DNA of 30,103 nucleotides from an uncultured Lachnospiraceae bacterium. Its GTDB lineage: Bacteria; Bacillota; Clostridia; Oscillospirales; CAG-272. The position numbers and the translations under genes are program-made. The first letter of the stretch is position 1. Every line of letters begins with the position of its first letter. The stretch lies in assembly GCA_964610075.1 (NCBI GenBank), contig CAZSUR010000002.1, positions 1 to 30,103 on the forward strand. Direction: 5' to 3'. The notes beneath the pieces were generated by a model that was not told the DNA's origin, made no database searches, and saw nothing but the letters and a program-made list of their open reading frames with translations. Shown here one piece after another: positions 1-9,071 of the stretch.

Positions 1-749
1 AGCTGTGCTCGGAGCACGGTGTCGTATACCTTTTTCATCTCGGGAGTTGCGCGTCCGAGCACTATCGTTCTCGTCATATCCGAGCAATAGCCGTCTGCGA
101 GCGCACCGAAATCCATCGTCAAGAAGCCACGCTCGAGCTTAACGTTTCTCGGCACTCCGTGCGGAAGCGAGGACGCGCTGCCCGATACGGCAATAGTCTG
201 GAAGGAGCAGCCCTCGGCTCCTGCCTTCTTCATGTGATATTCAAGCTCAAGCGCAACGTCGCGCTCGGTCATATCGGGGGTCATATTCTTGAGCAGATTT
301 GCAAGTGCCGCGTCGGCATAGCTCTGCGCGCGCTTTATATGCTCGAATTCATCCTTGCTCTTGTACTGCGCCATCTCCTCAAGCTCGGCGCCGACGCCCT
401 CGAGCGTTATCTCGGGAAGCGCCTTTGCTATCTCCTCGCGCTCGCGGCAGGTGACACGGTTGTCCTCATAGCCGAGCGTCTTTACGCCGTATTCGCTTAT
501 CTTCTTTCCGACCGATGCCGCGATGCCGCCCTCAAGCTGTATTATCGCGAGCTCGTCGCTCTCATAGCTTCTTGCCGCCTCGATATAGCGGAAATCCGCA
601 AACATATACGCCTTATCTGCCGTTATGAGAATATATCCGTCGCAAAGCTCAAATCCTGTAAGATATCTCTGTGTTATCGACGACGTTATAAGCATCGCGT
701 ATGCGTCTCTTTTTGCTATTTTTTCTTTAAGCTGTCCTATCTTGCTCAT
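1..749 (-). CDS. Xaa-Pro aminopeptidase/dipeptidase (M24B), 3' end truncated by window edge
   Basis: Not in ORF track; translated by hand from ATG at 749 (AGGAG RBS upstream): MSKIGQLKEK...QRYLTGF...ADFRYIE (creatinase-N-type domain) ...SFQTIAVSG...LPHG...MDFGALADGYCSDMTRT (M24 metal-binding motifs). Frame stays open to position 1. Confidence 0.9.
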   Translation of the reverse strand, partial: MSKIGQLKEKIAKRDAYAMLITSSITQRYLTGFELCDGYILITADKAYMFADFRYIEAARSYESDELAIIQLEGGIAASVGKKISEYGVKTLGYEDNRVTCREREEIAKALPEITLEGVGAELEEMAQYKSKDEFEHIKRAQSYADAALANLLKNMTPDMTERDVALELEYHMKKAGAEGCSFQTIAVSGSASSLPHGVPRNVKLERGFLTMDFGALADGYCSDMTRTIVLGRATPEMKKVYDTVLRAQ

Positions 750-768
750 TTTATTTCTCTCCTATGCC

Positions 769-3402
769 TTATTTTTCAAGCTCTTCTCCGCGATTCACTA
801 CCATTTCCATGTAATCCTGCTTGCTTATCAGGACCTTGCGCGGCTTCTGTCCCTCCGGAGGGCTGACGATGCCCATCTCCTCCATGCGGTCGATAAGCTT
901 CGCCGCGCGGCTGTAGCCGAGCGACAGCTTGCGCTGGATAAGCGAGGTCGATATCTTTCCGCTGTCCACCGCAAGCTCGATGGCGCTTTTAAGCATCGGA
1001 TCGCCCTCGGTATCTCCGTCGGAGAGCGTAGCGTCGGCAGCGCCCTTCTTTGTCGACTGCTCGCACTTCTCCGCCTCTTTTTCGATGCCCTCGATTATCG
1101 AGCGATCGTAGCTTCCCTCTGCCTGGGATTTGATAAACTCGACAACCGCCTCGACCTCCTGCTCGCTGACGAATGCACCCTGCACACGCCGCGGCTTCGA
1201 TGAGCCTACGGGAGCGTACAGCATATCTCCGCGGCCGATGAGCTTTTCGGCTCCCGCGATGTCGAGGACAACGCGCGAGTCGGTCTGGGATGCAACGGTG
1301 AACGCTATTCTCGACGGAACGTTCGCCTTTATAAGTCCGGTGATTACGTCAACCGACGGACGCTGCGTGCCGATTATGAGATATATTCCCGCCGCGCGCG
1401 CCTTCTGCGCCAGACGGCATATCGAATTCTCGACCGCATCGGGAGCGGTCATCATAAGATCGGCAAGCTCGTCGATTATTATAACTATATCGGGAAGGAA
1501 TTCCTTGTCGGGATCGTCCTTCGTTATATCGCGGTAGCCTATGACGTTGCGGACGCCCTCCTCCTCGATAAGCTCGAAGCGGCGCTCCATCTCGGTCACA
1601 GCCCACGCAAGCGAGCCGGCTGCCTTCTTCGGATCGCTGACCACCGGAACAAGCAGGTGTGGCAGTCCGTTGTAGATGTTGAGCTCGACCTTTTTCGGGT
1701 CTATGAGTATCAGCTTAACCTCATCCGGCGTCGCCTTATACAACAGGCTGACGATGATGCTGTTTATGCACACCGACTTACCCATTCCGGTCGCACCTGC
1801 GATAAGCAGGTGAGGCATCTTTGATATCTCAAACAGTATCGGCTCGCCTGCGACATCGACTCCGAGCGCCGCGGTAAGCTTATTCTGCGACGAGCGGAAG
1901 GTCTGCGTGTCGATAAGCTCGCGCAGATATACAAGCGATACGTTCTTGTTCGGCACCTCGATACCCACCGCCGATTTGCCGGGGATGGGAGCCTCTATAC
2001 GCACTCCCGTGGTAGCCAGATTCAGCGCGATATCGTCAACGAGGTTGGCGATGGCGCGAACGCGTATGCCCTCCTCGGGCGCAAGCTCGTAGCGCGTGAT
2101 CGAGGGGCCACGCGAGACGTTTACTATCTTCGTGCGCACCTTGAACGAGCGCAGCGTCTCGACAAGCTTTACCGCATTCGACTGAAGCTCGTCGGTTATA
2201 TCAACATTCTTTTTCGAGGTATCCTTTTTAAGCAGCGCGATAGGCGGCAGGGTATAACCCGGAGCTGCAGCCTCCGGCTCCGCCTTTTTCTCCGTCTTCT
2301 TTTCCGGATTCGCCTCGGGCGGATTTACCGGTGTGCGCTCGAGTGTAAGCTCGCACTCCGCCGAATCGTCCTCGTCTACCCCGTCGGGGGCAGCCTCGTC
2401 GCCCTCCTCAGAGAAGATAGCGTGGAGATCGGGAATCGAGCCGTCAAGCTCGCCCTCTATATCCTTCGCTCTCTTGCCAACATGACGCTTCACCGGCTTT
2501 ATGCTTTCAGCCGCGGCATCCGCCGCCTCGAGTGCGGCACGAGCCGCATCGGTATAATCGACCGTCTCGGGGTCGTCCTCATCCTCCGCTCTTGCGCGCA
2601 TCTCGTCGAACGCTGATACGTCGATCGAGTCGTCATCCTCCATCGGGACGTCGGGATCGAAGCGGCGCTCGTCGCCTACCGCTTCGGCCATCGCCTTCTT
2701 TGCACGGCGCGAGGATTCCATGCGTCTCGCCTGCTCCTCGCAGATCCGGCGCTCCTCCGCCGCACGCTCGCGGCGCTCGCGTATCGAGTAGACTATACTC
2801 AGATATACCGAGTAGGGCGTGAATCCGAAGAAGCCCATTATCATTATTACCGTAACGGTGAACGAAAGGATATACATTCCGGCATAGCCTATCGTTTTCA
2901 GCATTATTCCGAGAAGAAGTCCGCCGAGCACTCCGCCTCCGCGCGGAGTTACGCCGTCCTTCCAGAGTGCGGTCACCGAAAGACTGCTCTCCCCTCCCGT
3001 CCACGCATGAAGGAGCGCCGCCGTGAACAGAATAAGCACCGATGAAAATATCAGCCCGAGCCCGATCGAGCGATCCTCGACCTTGCGCTTCCAAAGCAGA
3101 CCGAACGCGAATATCAATACCGGAACGGCGATGCCGCCGTATCCGAGTATACCGTAAAGGAAGGTGCTGAGTCCCTGTCCGACAACGCCGGTCATGGTCG
3201 GAGCGATAAAGCACACCGACACGAACAGCGCAAGAATACCGAGAAGATACGGTATAAGCTGATTCGGCATCGACGACGGATCGTCCCTCCACTCGGCGCG
3301 CTCGTTTACCTGAGGCTCAAGCTTTTTCGCCTTGGCAGAGCTTCTCTTTCCTCCGCTTTTCTTTGAAGAATTATTGGATTTTCCTGATCTTTTAGCAGGC
3401 AT
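769..3402 (-). CDS. ftsK: FtsK/SpoIIIE DNA translocase
   Basis: N-terminal TM domain, acidic linker, PHLLIAGATGMGKS Walker A, IIIDELADLMM Walker B, TQRPSVDVITG, C-terminal gamma domain (STSLIQRKLSLGYSRAAKLID); GGAGG RBS. Confidence 0.97.
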   Translation of the reverse strand: MPAKRSGKSNNSSKKSGGKRSSAKAKKLEPQVNERAEWRDDPSSMPNQLIPYLLGILALFVSVCFIAPTMTGVVGQGLSTFLYGILGYGGIAVPVLIFAFGLLWKRKVEDRSIGLGLIFSSVLILFTAALLHAWTGGESSLSVTALWKDGVTPRGGGVLGGLLLGIMLKTIGYAGMYILSFTVTVIMIMGFFGFTPYSVYLSIVYSIRERRERAAEERRICEEQARRMESSRRAKKAMAEAVGDERRFDPDVPMEDDDSIDVSAFDEMRARAEDEDDPETVDYTDAARAALEAADAAAESIKPVKRHVGKRAKDIEGELDGSIPDLHAIFSEEGDEAAPDGVDEDDSAECELTLERTPVNPPEANPEKKTEKKAEPEAAAPGYTLPPIALLKKDTSKKNVDITDELQSNAVKLVETLRSFKVRTKIVNVSRGPSITRYELAPEEGIRVRAIANLVDDIALNLATTGVRIEAPIPGKSAVGIEVPNKNVSLVYLRELIDTQTFRSSQNKLTAALGVDVAGEPILFEISKMPHLLIAGATGMGKSVCINSIIVSLLYKATPDEVKLILIDPKKVELNIYNGLPHLLVPVVSDPKKAAGSLAWAVTEMERRFELIEEEGVRNVIGYRDITKDDPDKEFLPDIVIIIDELADLMMTAPDAVENSICRLAQKARAAGIYLIIGTQRPSVDVITGLIKANVPSRIAFTVASQTDSRVVLDIAGAEKLIGRGDMLYAPVGSSKPRRVQGAFVSEQEVEAVVEFIKSQAEGSYDRSIIEGIEKEAEKCEQSTKKGAADATLSDGDTEGDPMLKSAIELAVDSGKISTSLIQRKLSLGYSRAAKLIDRMEEMGIVSPPEGQKPRKVLISKQDYMEMVVNRGEELEK

Positions 3403-3676
3403 TTACATCCTCCGATTACAAGGTTTATTTCAACCGAAATTTATAGCTTTCATAGTGTATACCGTCCTACCCGAGCGCAGCATCTCCCGAGCTCGCCCTC
3501 GTCACGGCTGCTCCGACGGCATATTGCCGCACAAGCGCCGTGCACGATGCCTCGGCATATGCCCGAATGTCGGCTCGTCCGACACGATCGACGCGCGAGC
3601 GCACATAAATGCTAAACAAAACGGTTATCATACATATGATAACAGAAACAGAAAAAAATTACAAGGGTATCACCTT

Positions 3677-4057
3677 ATGAAAAAGATATTTTCAAGCTTG
3701 CTCATACCGCTTTCCGGGCTCATCGGAGGGCTTCTTTGCGGTCTGCTCGGCACCGGCGGAGGGGTGATCATCGTATTCGCCCTGCGGCTGGCGCAAAGGA
3801 GCGCCGGCGGAGACGAAAAAAGCAGCTATTTCAGCGCCATGTGCGCCACCATGATCTTCAGCCTTGTCAGCATCGCAAAATATGCCGCTGCCGGTGCTGT
3901 CAACCTCCGCGACGCCGCCATTTTCATCCCTGCCGCCGCGATCGGAGGCTTCGCCGGTGCAAAGATAGCGGAGCGGATAAGCACAGAGCTGCTCAACCGT
4001 ATCTTTGCGGCGGTACTGATCTTCGCCGGAGGCAGTATGCTTCTCCGCGCATGGTAA
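3677..4057 (+). CDS. Half-size TSUP (TauE/SafE) family membrane protein, 126 aa
   Basis: Likely start MKKIF at 3677 (track ORF over-extends from 3332); GLLGTGGGVII motif, hydrophobic helices, C-terminal GGFAGAKIA...LLNRIFAAVLIFAG typical of a TSUP repeat. Confidence 0.8.
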   Translation: MKKIFSSLLIPLSGLIGGLLCGLLGTGGGVIIVFALRLAQRSAGGDEKSSYFSAMCATMIFSLVSIAKYAAAGAVNLRDAAIFIPAAAIGGFAGAKIAERISTELLNRIFAAVLIFAGGSMLLRAW

Positions 4058-4079
4058 AAAAGCATCGGAGGCAGATATA

Positions 4080-4460
4080 ATGACTGCTTTTTCGATAATC
4101 TTACAGCTTGCCGCCCTCGCGACAGCGCTCCTTTCCGGCATGGGGGTCGGAGGCGGAGGCTTGCTCGTCATATGGCTCACTTTGTCGGGCGCGTATGAGC
4201 AGCTCGCAGCGCAGGGCATCAATCTTATCTTTTTCATGTGCGCCGCCGGCACGTCTCTTGCGGCGAGGATAAAGAGCGGGCGCTTTGATCCGAAGCTTAT
4301 CGCTGTGCTTGCCGCCACCGGCATCCCGGGAGCGCTTGCCGGCTCACGCATAGCGGAGCTACTCGAGCAGCGATATCTGCGGCTGTGCTTCGGCGCGTTC
4401 ATGCTCGTATCCGGCGCAGCCTCGCTCATAGTCTCCTTTGTGAAGAAGAAAAGATCGTGA
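4080..4460 (+). CDS. Half-size TSUP (TauE/SafE) family membrane protein, 126 aa
   Basis: Own GGAGG RBS; LSGMGVGGGGLLV motif, AQGINLIFF, GALAGSRIA...LRLCFGAFML. Confidence 0.8.
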   Translation: MTAFSIILQLAALATALLSGMGVGGGGLLVIWLTLSGAYEQLAAQGINLIFFMCAAGTSLAARIKSGRFDPKLIAVLAATGIPGALAGSRIAELLEQRYLRLCFGAFMLVSGAASLIVSFVKKKRS

Positions 4461-4506
4461 TTTTCTCCCCGGCTCCCCAAAAGGGACAAAAATCTCGTTT
4501 GACCGA

Positions 4507-4515
4507 TGCTATAAT
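4507..4515 (+). promoter_or_regulatory. Extended -10 (TGcTATAAT) of the spoIIG operon
   Basis: TG-n-TATAAT about 30 nt upstream of spoIIGA with no canonical -35, consistent with the Spo0A-activated sigA promoter known for spoIIG; only degenerate 0A-box-like sequences nearby. Confidence 0.6.
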
Positions 4516-4546
4516 CAAAGCATAAAGCTCGGACGGGGATGATAAA

Positions 4547-5494
4547 ACGGATCAGGTAATATACGGAGACGTGCTTTTTCTCATCAATCTTTCGATGGAT
4601 TTTCTCACGCTGTTCATCGTCGGAAGCGTAATGCGCGTCCCCATACGGATACCAAGGCTTATATTTTCATCGTGCATCGGCGCGATATACGGCGTGGCAT
4701 CGGTGTTCCTCGAAGGAAATACCGTTATCGGCATAGCGATAAACGTAGCCGTCTGCCTTGTGATGTGCTATATCGCCTTTGGGCGCGTGAGCGCCGGCGA
4801 GACGGCGCTCTTCTACGCCACCGGCTTCCTGCTCGGCGGAGGGATGAGCATCGCCTGCCGGCTCATAAACCGCACGCTGTACAGCGGATATGCAAGCGAC
4901 CCCGGTATTAGTGTGCGCGGCATCCCGGCAGGCTACGCCGCGCTCGCGGCAGCTCTTTGCGGAGCGATATCGCTACTCGGAGGCAGGGTGATGCGACGTC
5001 GCGGAGGATGCGAGCACGCCTCGGTCGAGGTGGAGGCATACGGGCGAGCCTTGCGCATAAACGCGTTCGTTGACAGCGGCAGTATGCTGCGCGAGCCGAT
5101 AAGCGGACTTCCGGTAATGATAGTGCCGACAAAGCTGCTCACGAAGCTGCTTCCGCCAAGCCTGCGCGATATATTCGAGCGAGGTCCCGGAGCTCTCGCT
5201 TCAGCCGATGCGCGCGACGTTGTGGGGGTGCGGCTGATCGCCGCCGACGGGATAGGCGGACGCGCGCTCATGCTCGGATTTATCCCGACGCGTGTGCGGA
5301 TAGGCGGCGAGGAAGCGCGGCTATGCATCGCGGCAGACTCAACCGAGCGAGCGGATCCGCGCTCCGCATACTGCGGCTTTGACGCGATAATTCCGCTTTA
5401 CGCTCTGCCCACCGCAAGCAGACAGTACGACGCGCATACACGTAAAAACCGCGCCGATACAATCACCGCAAGAAAGGAAGGTGCGTCCAAATGA
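4547..5494 (+). CDS. spoIIGA: Pro-sigmaE processing aspartic protease SpoIIGA
   Basis: [16 protein letters not shown]-terminal motif, several TM helices, AFVDSG catalytic Asp motif, stop overlapping sigE start (ATGA). Start uncertain: ACG at 4547 proposed; first canonical start is GTG 4571. Confidence 0.9.
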   Translation, partial: TDQVIYGDVLFLINLSMDFLTLFIVGSVMRVPIRIPRLIFSSCIGAIYGVASVFLEGNTVIGIAINVAVCLVMCYIAFGRVSAGETALFYATGFLLGGGMSIACRLINRTLYSGYASDPGISVRGIPAGYAALAAALCGAISLLGGRVMRRRGGCEHASVEVEAYGRALRINAFVDSGSMLREPISGLPVMIVPTKLLTKLLPPSLRDIFERGPGALASADARDVVGVRLIAADGIGGRALMLGFIPTRVRIGGEEARLCIAADSTERADPRSAYCGFDAIIPLYALPTASRQYDAHTRKNRADTITARKEGASK

Positions 5495-6219
5495 TAGGAT
5501 CCATGCTCCGCCGCCTGCTCGGGCGAACTCAGGTGGGCGAAGTGCTCTGTCGCTTCATCTCAGGCGATCGCTCGGAGAGATACTACATACACGGCCCGGA
5601 CACCCTGCCTCCGCCGCTCAGCCACGAGGAGGAGGCGCGCATAATCGAGGCGATGGACTCGGACGTGTCCCTGCGCTCCACGCTGGTTGAGCGCAACCTC
5701 CGCCTCGTCGTTTACATAGCAAAAAAGTTCGAGGCGACCGGAATCGGCATCGAGGATCTTATATCCATCGGAACGATTGGGCTGATAAAGGCGATAAACA
5801 CCTTTCAAGCCGACAAAAACATCAAGCTCGCCACCTATGCCTCGAGGTGCATCGAGAACGAGATACTCATGTTTCTTCGCAAGACCGGAAATCAGCGGAG
5901 CGAGATATCCATCGACGAGCCGCTGAACACCGACTACGACGGAAACGAGCTGCTGCTCTCCGATGTGCTCGGCGGCGACGAGGACACGGTATACCGCGGC
6001 ATCGAATCGGAGGAGGAGCGGCGCGCGGTCATCGGCGCGATAGAGAGCCTCGGCGAGCGCGAGCGCGAGATAATCAAGCTGAGATTCGGCATAGGCGAGC
6101 AACGAGAGCGCACGCAGAAGGAGGTGGCGGAGCTGATAGGCATATCTCAGTCATACATCTCGCGGCTGGAGAAGAAGATAATCGAGCGGCTGAAGGGGGA
6201 GATGTCGGGGATGGTATAA
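5491..6219 (+). CDS. sigE: Sporulation sigma factor SigE (pro-sigmaE)
   Basis: Pro-sequence then [75 protein letters not shown]; directly downstream of spoIIGA. Confidence 0.96.
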   Translation: MIGSMLRRLLGRTQVGEVLCRFISGDRSERYYIHGPDTLPPPLSHEEEARIIEAMDSDVSLRSTLVERNLRLVVYIAKKFEATGIGIEDLISIGTIGLIKAINTFQADKNIKLATYASRCIENEILMFLRKTGNQRSEISIDEPLNTDYDGNELLLSDVLGGDEDTVYRGIESEEERRAVIGAIESLGEREREIIKLRFGIGEQRERTQKEVAELIGISQSYISRLEKKIIERLKGEMSGMV

Positions 6220-6274
6220 GCGACGTTTTGCACGCAAAAAAATCGCTTTCGGCAAAATAAATGGCTCATCACGC

Positions 6275-6303
6275 TGGACAAATCGGCGCAAAGGTAGTAC
6301 AAT
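6275..6303 (+). promoter_or_regulatory. sigA-type promoter for the SGNH gene
   Basis: TGGACA-17 nt-TACAAT. Confidence 0.55.
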
Positions 6304-6347
6304 ATCCTAAAAGGATGATGAGCACACTGCGAAAGCGAGGATATACA

Positions 6348-6941
6348 ATGTTAAAAACCGTGCTTTTACTCGGAGATTCGATAAGAATGCAATATCAAAG
6401 CCGCGTAAGCGAGCTTTTACTTGAGGATGATATAATCGTCTACGGCCCGCACGACAACTGCCGCTTTTCAAAGCATACGCTTTGGGCGATGTGGTATTGG
6501 GTGAACGACGATTTCAGAATAAAGCATTTCGATATGATACACTGCAACTGCGGAATATGGGATATCCAGCGCGCGACCGCGGACAACGAAATATTCGCTC
6601 CGGTGGAGGAGTACGCGGCGAACTGCGGAAGAATACAGAAGCAGGCGGAGCAGTTTGCGGATAAGTTCGCCTGGGCGACGATAATCCCCGGAGGCTCGGC
6701 GCTTCGCGACGATACGCCCATGCTTGCAAGTCAGCCGGTCTGGAATGCGGACGTAGACAGATACAACGCAGCGGCGCTTGAGGTGTTCGGGCGTCAGGGC
6801 GGCGTGCTTATCGACGATCTGCACGCGTGCATCGGAGCCGATACCGAGAAATACATATGCGCGGACGGACTGCACCTCTCGGAAGAGGGAATCGAGGTAG
6901 CCGCGCAGCAGGTTGCGGCGTTTATACGCGAAAATATCTGA
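6348..6941 (+). CDS. SGNH/GDSL hydrolase
   Basis: Start MLKTVLLLGDSIR (GAGG RBS); block I GDS, block III NCGIWD, block V DGLH. Confidence 0.88.
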   Translation: MLKTVLLLGDSIRMQYQSRVSELLLEDDIIVYGPHDNCRFSKHTLWAMWYWVNDDFRIKHFDMIHCNCGIWDIQRATADNEIFAPVEEYAANCGRIQKQAEQFADKFAWATIIPGGSALRDDTPMLASQPVWNADVDRYNAAALEVFGRQGGVLIDDLHACIGADTEKYICADGLHLSEEGIEVAAQQVAAFIRENI

Positions 6942-6957
6942 CGGTGCAAAATAAATC

Positions 6958-6986
6958 AAGCTCTCCCGAGATCGGGAGAGCTTTTT
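6958..6986 (+). terminator. Intrinsic terminator after the SGNH gene
   Basis: AAGCTCTCCCGA-GA-TCGGGAGAGCTT perfect stem running into a T tract. Confidence 0.85.
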
Positions 6987-7415
6987 GCTTGCGTGATGTC
7001 GCCGCAGATCAAGAGCTGTGCGCTTTGATATCTCGGGTGAGCGCAAGCGCACCATCGGCACGCTCCGCAGGGAGAGGCAACAGTTGTACGGCTCACGCTC
7101 GCGCATCATATGCGCGGCGGCGGAAAATCGCTTTTCAAACGTACCTTCCACCGCTTGGCGCCGCAGGGAAAGAAAAGAGCAGCGACACGCATAGCGAAGA
7201 TCAAACAAAAAGCAGTTCAAACGAAAACAAAAACAAGAAAACAGAGCCGCGCGATCCGCCATCCGCGCAAAAAATATCTCACGGAAAAAGCCGCCTATAC
7301 GGAAAGGCTGCAGATAAGCTTTCCCGTACGTACGGCTCCCGGCTCCTGCATCCGCCGGGGCGAGTCGCAGGGTCTTATGTGACGTGAAAAGACGTCGGCG
7401 GATCGTTTTTATCTG

Positions 7416-7661
7416 TTAAAAGCTGCTTTTTATCTCCGCGAGCACGCGGTCAAGCTTCTCAAGCACGTCGGCGTGTCCTCGGCTTCGGCGGCGATGCTCC
7501 TCGAGCCAATCGAGCGCACGAAGCCGATCCGAGTCCTTTGTATTCTCACCGAAGGCGATCTCGGCGACACCGGAGACGATAGCCTCCTCCTCAATGCACG
7601 CCGATCGCTTCTTTCTTTTGCGTTTCTTTGCGCTTACGTCCGTATCCTTATCCAAACACAT
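7416..7661 (-). CDS. Small protein resembling the C-terminal half of a phage terminase small subunit
   Basis: AGAGGAG RBS (TTG at 7655 is better spaced than ATG 7661); basic N-terminus, then AEIAFG...KDSDRLRALDWL, recalling the IAF...D(R/K)LKALELL pattern of Terminase_2-type proteins. Family call is inference. Confidence 0.5.
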   Translation of the reverse strand: MCLDKDTDVSAKKRKRKKRSACIEEEAIVSGVAEIAFGENTKDSDRLRALDWLEEHRRRSRGHADVLEKLDRVLAEIKSSF

Positions 7662-7869
7662 CTCTCCTCTGTATTAGCTACCGCCGATATTCCTCCGCGC
7701 GCCCTCCCGTACAAATCGCACAGCGGCAGATGCAGGACGTATGCATTCTACCACCATGCCGGAAAAATATCGCCCCCTGCAATTTGCTCCAGATTATCGT
7801 CAGATTCCCCGAAACGTCCCAAAATACTCAACTTCGTGCACAATTCACGCACAGATTCGACGCACTTCC

Positions 7870-7899
7870 TTGACACCGAAAGCCGCCGTGTGATATATT
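7870..7899 (+). promoter_or_regulatory. sigA-type promoter for the activase gene
   Basis: TTGACA-18 nt-TATATT with an extended TG. Confidence 0.65.
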
Positions 7900-7950
7900 A
7901 TATCTGCGCCGACAACGGCGAAAGCTGGCGAAAGGAAATTACTTCAAACT

Positions 7951-8856
7951 ATGACTAAAGGATTGGTTTTCAACATTCAAAAATTCTCTGTAAACGATGG
8001 ACCGGGCATCCGCACGTCCGTATTTTTCAAGGGCTGCAATCTCAGATGCAGATGGTGCCATAACCCCGAAAGCTGGTCACACAAGCCGGAGGTAATGTAC
8101 AATTCGTCAAAATGCGTCGGCTGCGGCGCATGCCAAAAGGTCTGCCCGACCGGAGCGCACCCGATCTCCGCCGACGGGCATATATTCGACCGCGCAAAAT
8201 GCACAGGCTGTGGAAAATGTACCGACGTTTGCTACAACGGAGCACTCTCCCTTGCCGGGAGATATTATACTCCGGACGAGGTCATAGCCGAGGCGTGCGA
8301 GGACAAGCTCTTTTACGCAAAGAGCGGAGGAGGCGTCACCTTCTCCGGCGGCGAGCCGCTCATGCAGTTCGATTTCCTCATGGAGTTGCTGAAAAAGGCA
8401 AAGGAAAGCGGACTTCACGTATGTATCGAGACGGCGGGCTGCTGCCCGAGCGAGCGCATCGAGGCAACGATGCCATATGTGGATCTCTATCTCTACGATA
8501 TAAAGGAGACCGATCCCGAGCTTCACCGCGAGTATACCGGTGCATCGAACGAGCTTATACTCAAAAATTTGGAGCTACTCGACCGCGCGGGCAAGGATAT
8601 AATCCTGCGCTGCCCGATAATCCCGGGACTTAACGACCGCGACGAGCATTACAGACAGCTCGGTCTGCTCGCAGACAAAACGGAGCACGCTCTGCGCGTG
8701 GATATCGAGCCATACCACCCTCTCGGCGTGGCAAAGGCGGCAAATCTCGATATGGACACCGGATATACCAACAACTCGTTTATGGATAAGGAAAAGGCGG
8801 AGTATGTCGTTGCCGAGGTTGCAAAGCATACGTCGAAGGAGGTCGCGCTCGCGTAA
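7951..8856 (+). CDS. Glycyl-radical enzyme activating protein (radical SAM with ferredoxin insert)
   Basis: FNIQKFSVNDGPGIRTSVFFKGCNLRCRWCHNPES (CX3CX2C), two CX2CX2CX3C ferredoxin motifs, GGGVTFSGGEP. Confidence 0.93.
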   Translation: MTKGLVFNIQKFSVNDGPGIRTSVFFKGCNLRCRWCHNPESWSHKPEVMYNSSKCVGCGACQKVCPTGAHPISADGHIFDRAKCTGCGKCTDVCYNGALSLAGRYYTPDEVIAEACEDKLFYAKSGGGVTFSGGEPLMQFDFLMELLKKAKESGLHVCIETAGCCPSERIEATMPYVDLYLYDIKETDPELHREYTGASNELILKNLELLDRAGKDIILRCPIIPGLNDRDEHYRQLGLLADKTEHALRVDIEPYHPLGVAKAANLDMDTGYTNNSFMDKEKAEYVVAEVAKHTSKEVALA

Positions 8857-8959
8857 AACGAGTGAAGGCAAGCTCTGCCGCAGATGCGATTTCACGCAGA
8901 TCAAGCCTGACGCGACTACAGCTTCATGCAGATGAGATCTGCCGATATAGAAACGATAT

Positions 8960-9013
8960 AAAGATCCCGATCGCCGGCGCTGCCATGCGCCGTGCGTATC
9001 GGGATCTTTTTTT
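8960..9013. terminator. Bidirectional terminator between the activase and MATE genes
   Basis: AAAGATCCCGAT...ATCGGGATCTTT stem with an inner GC stem and a T tract, between convergent genes. Confidence 0.8.
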
Positions 9014-9071
9014 ATTGCAACACTTTCCGGGGTGCCCAAGCGCGATCCGCGCCGAGCACTATGCCTATACG

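Noticed and set aside
159-1203. Plus-strand ORFs of 235 aa and 192 aa
   Set aside because: Antisense shadows of the M24 peptidase and ftsK, which carry clear motifs on the minus strand.
3332-3676. 115-aa N-terminal extension of the first TSUP ORF
   Set aside because: Overlaps the ftsK start on the opposite strand and reads as intergenic sequence; TSUP homology begins at ATG 3677.
3677-4460. TSUP pair as one frameshifted pseudogene
   Set aside because: The second ORF has its own GGAGG RBS after a 22-nt gap, and both halves have equal, complete single-repeat length.
7000-7400. Basic 90-aa ORF (7110-7382) or a housekeeping ncRNA in this spacer
   Set aside because: No RBS or motif; the Lys-richness comes from an A-rich tract. 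I found no SRP, RNase P or tmRNA hallmark sequences.
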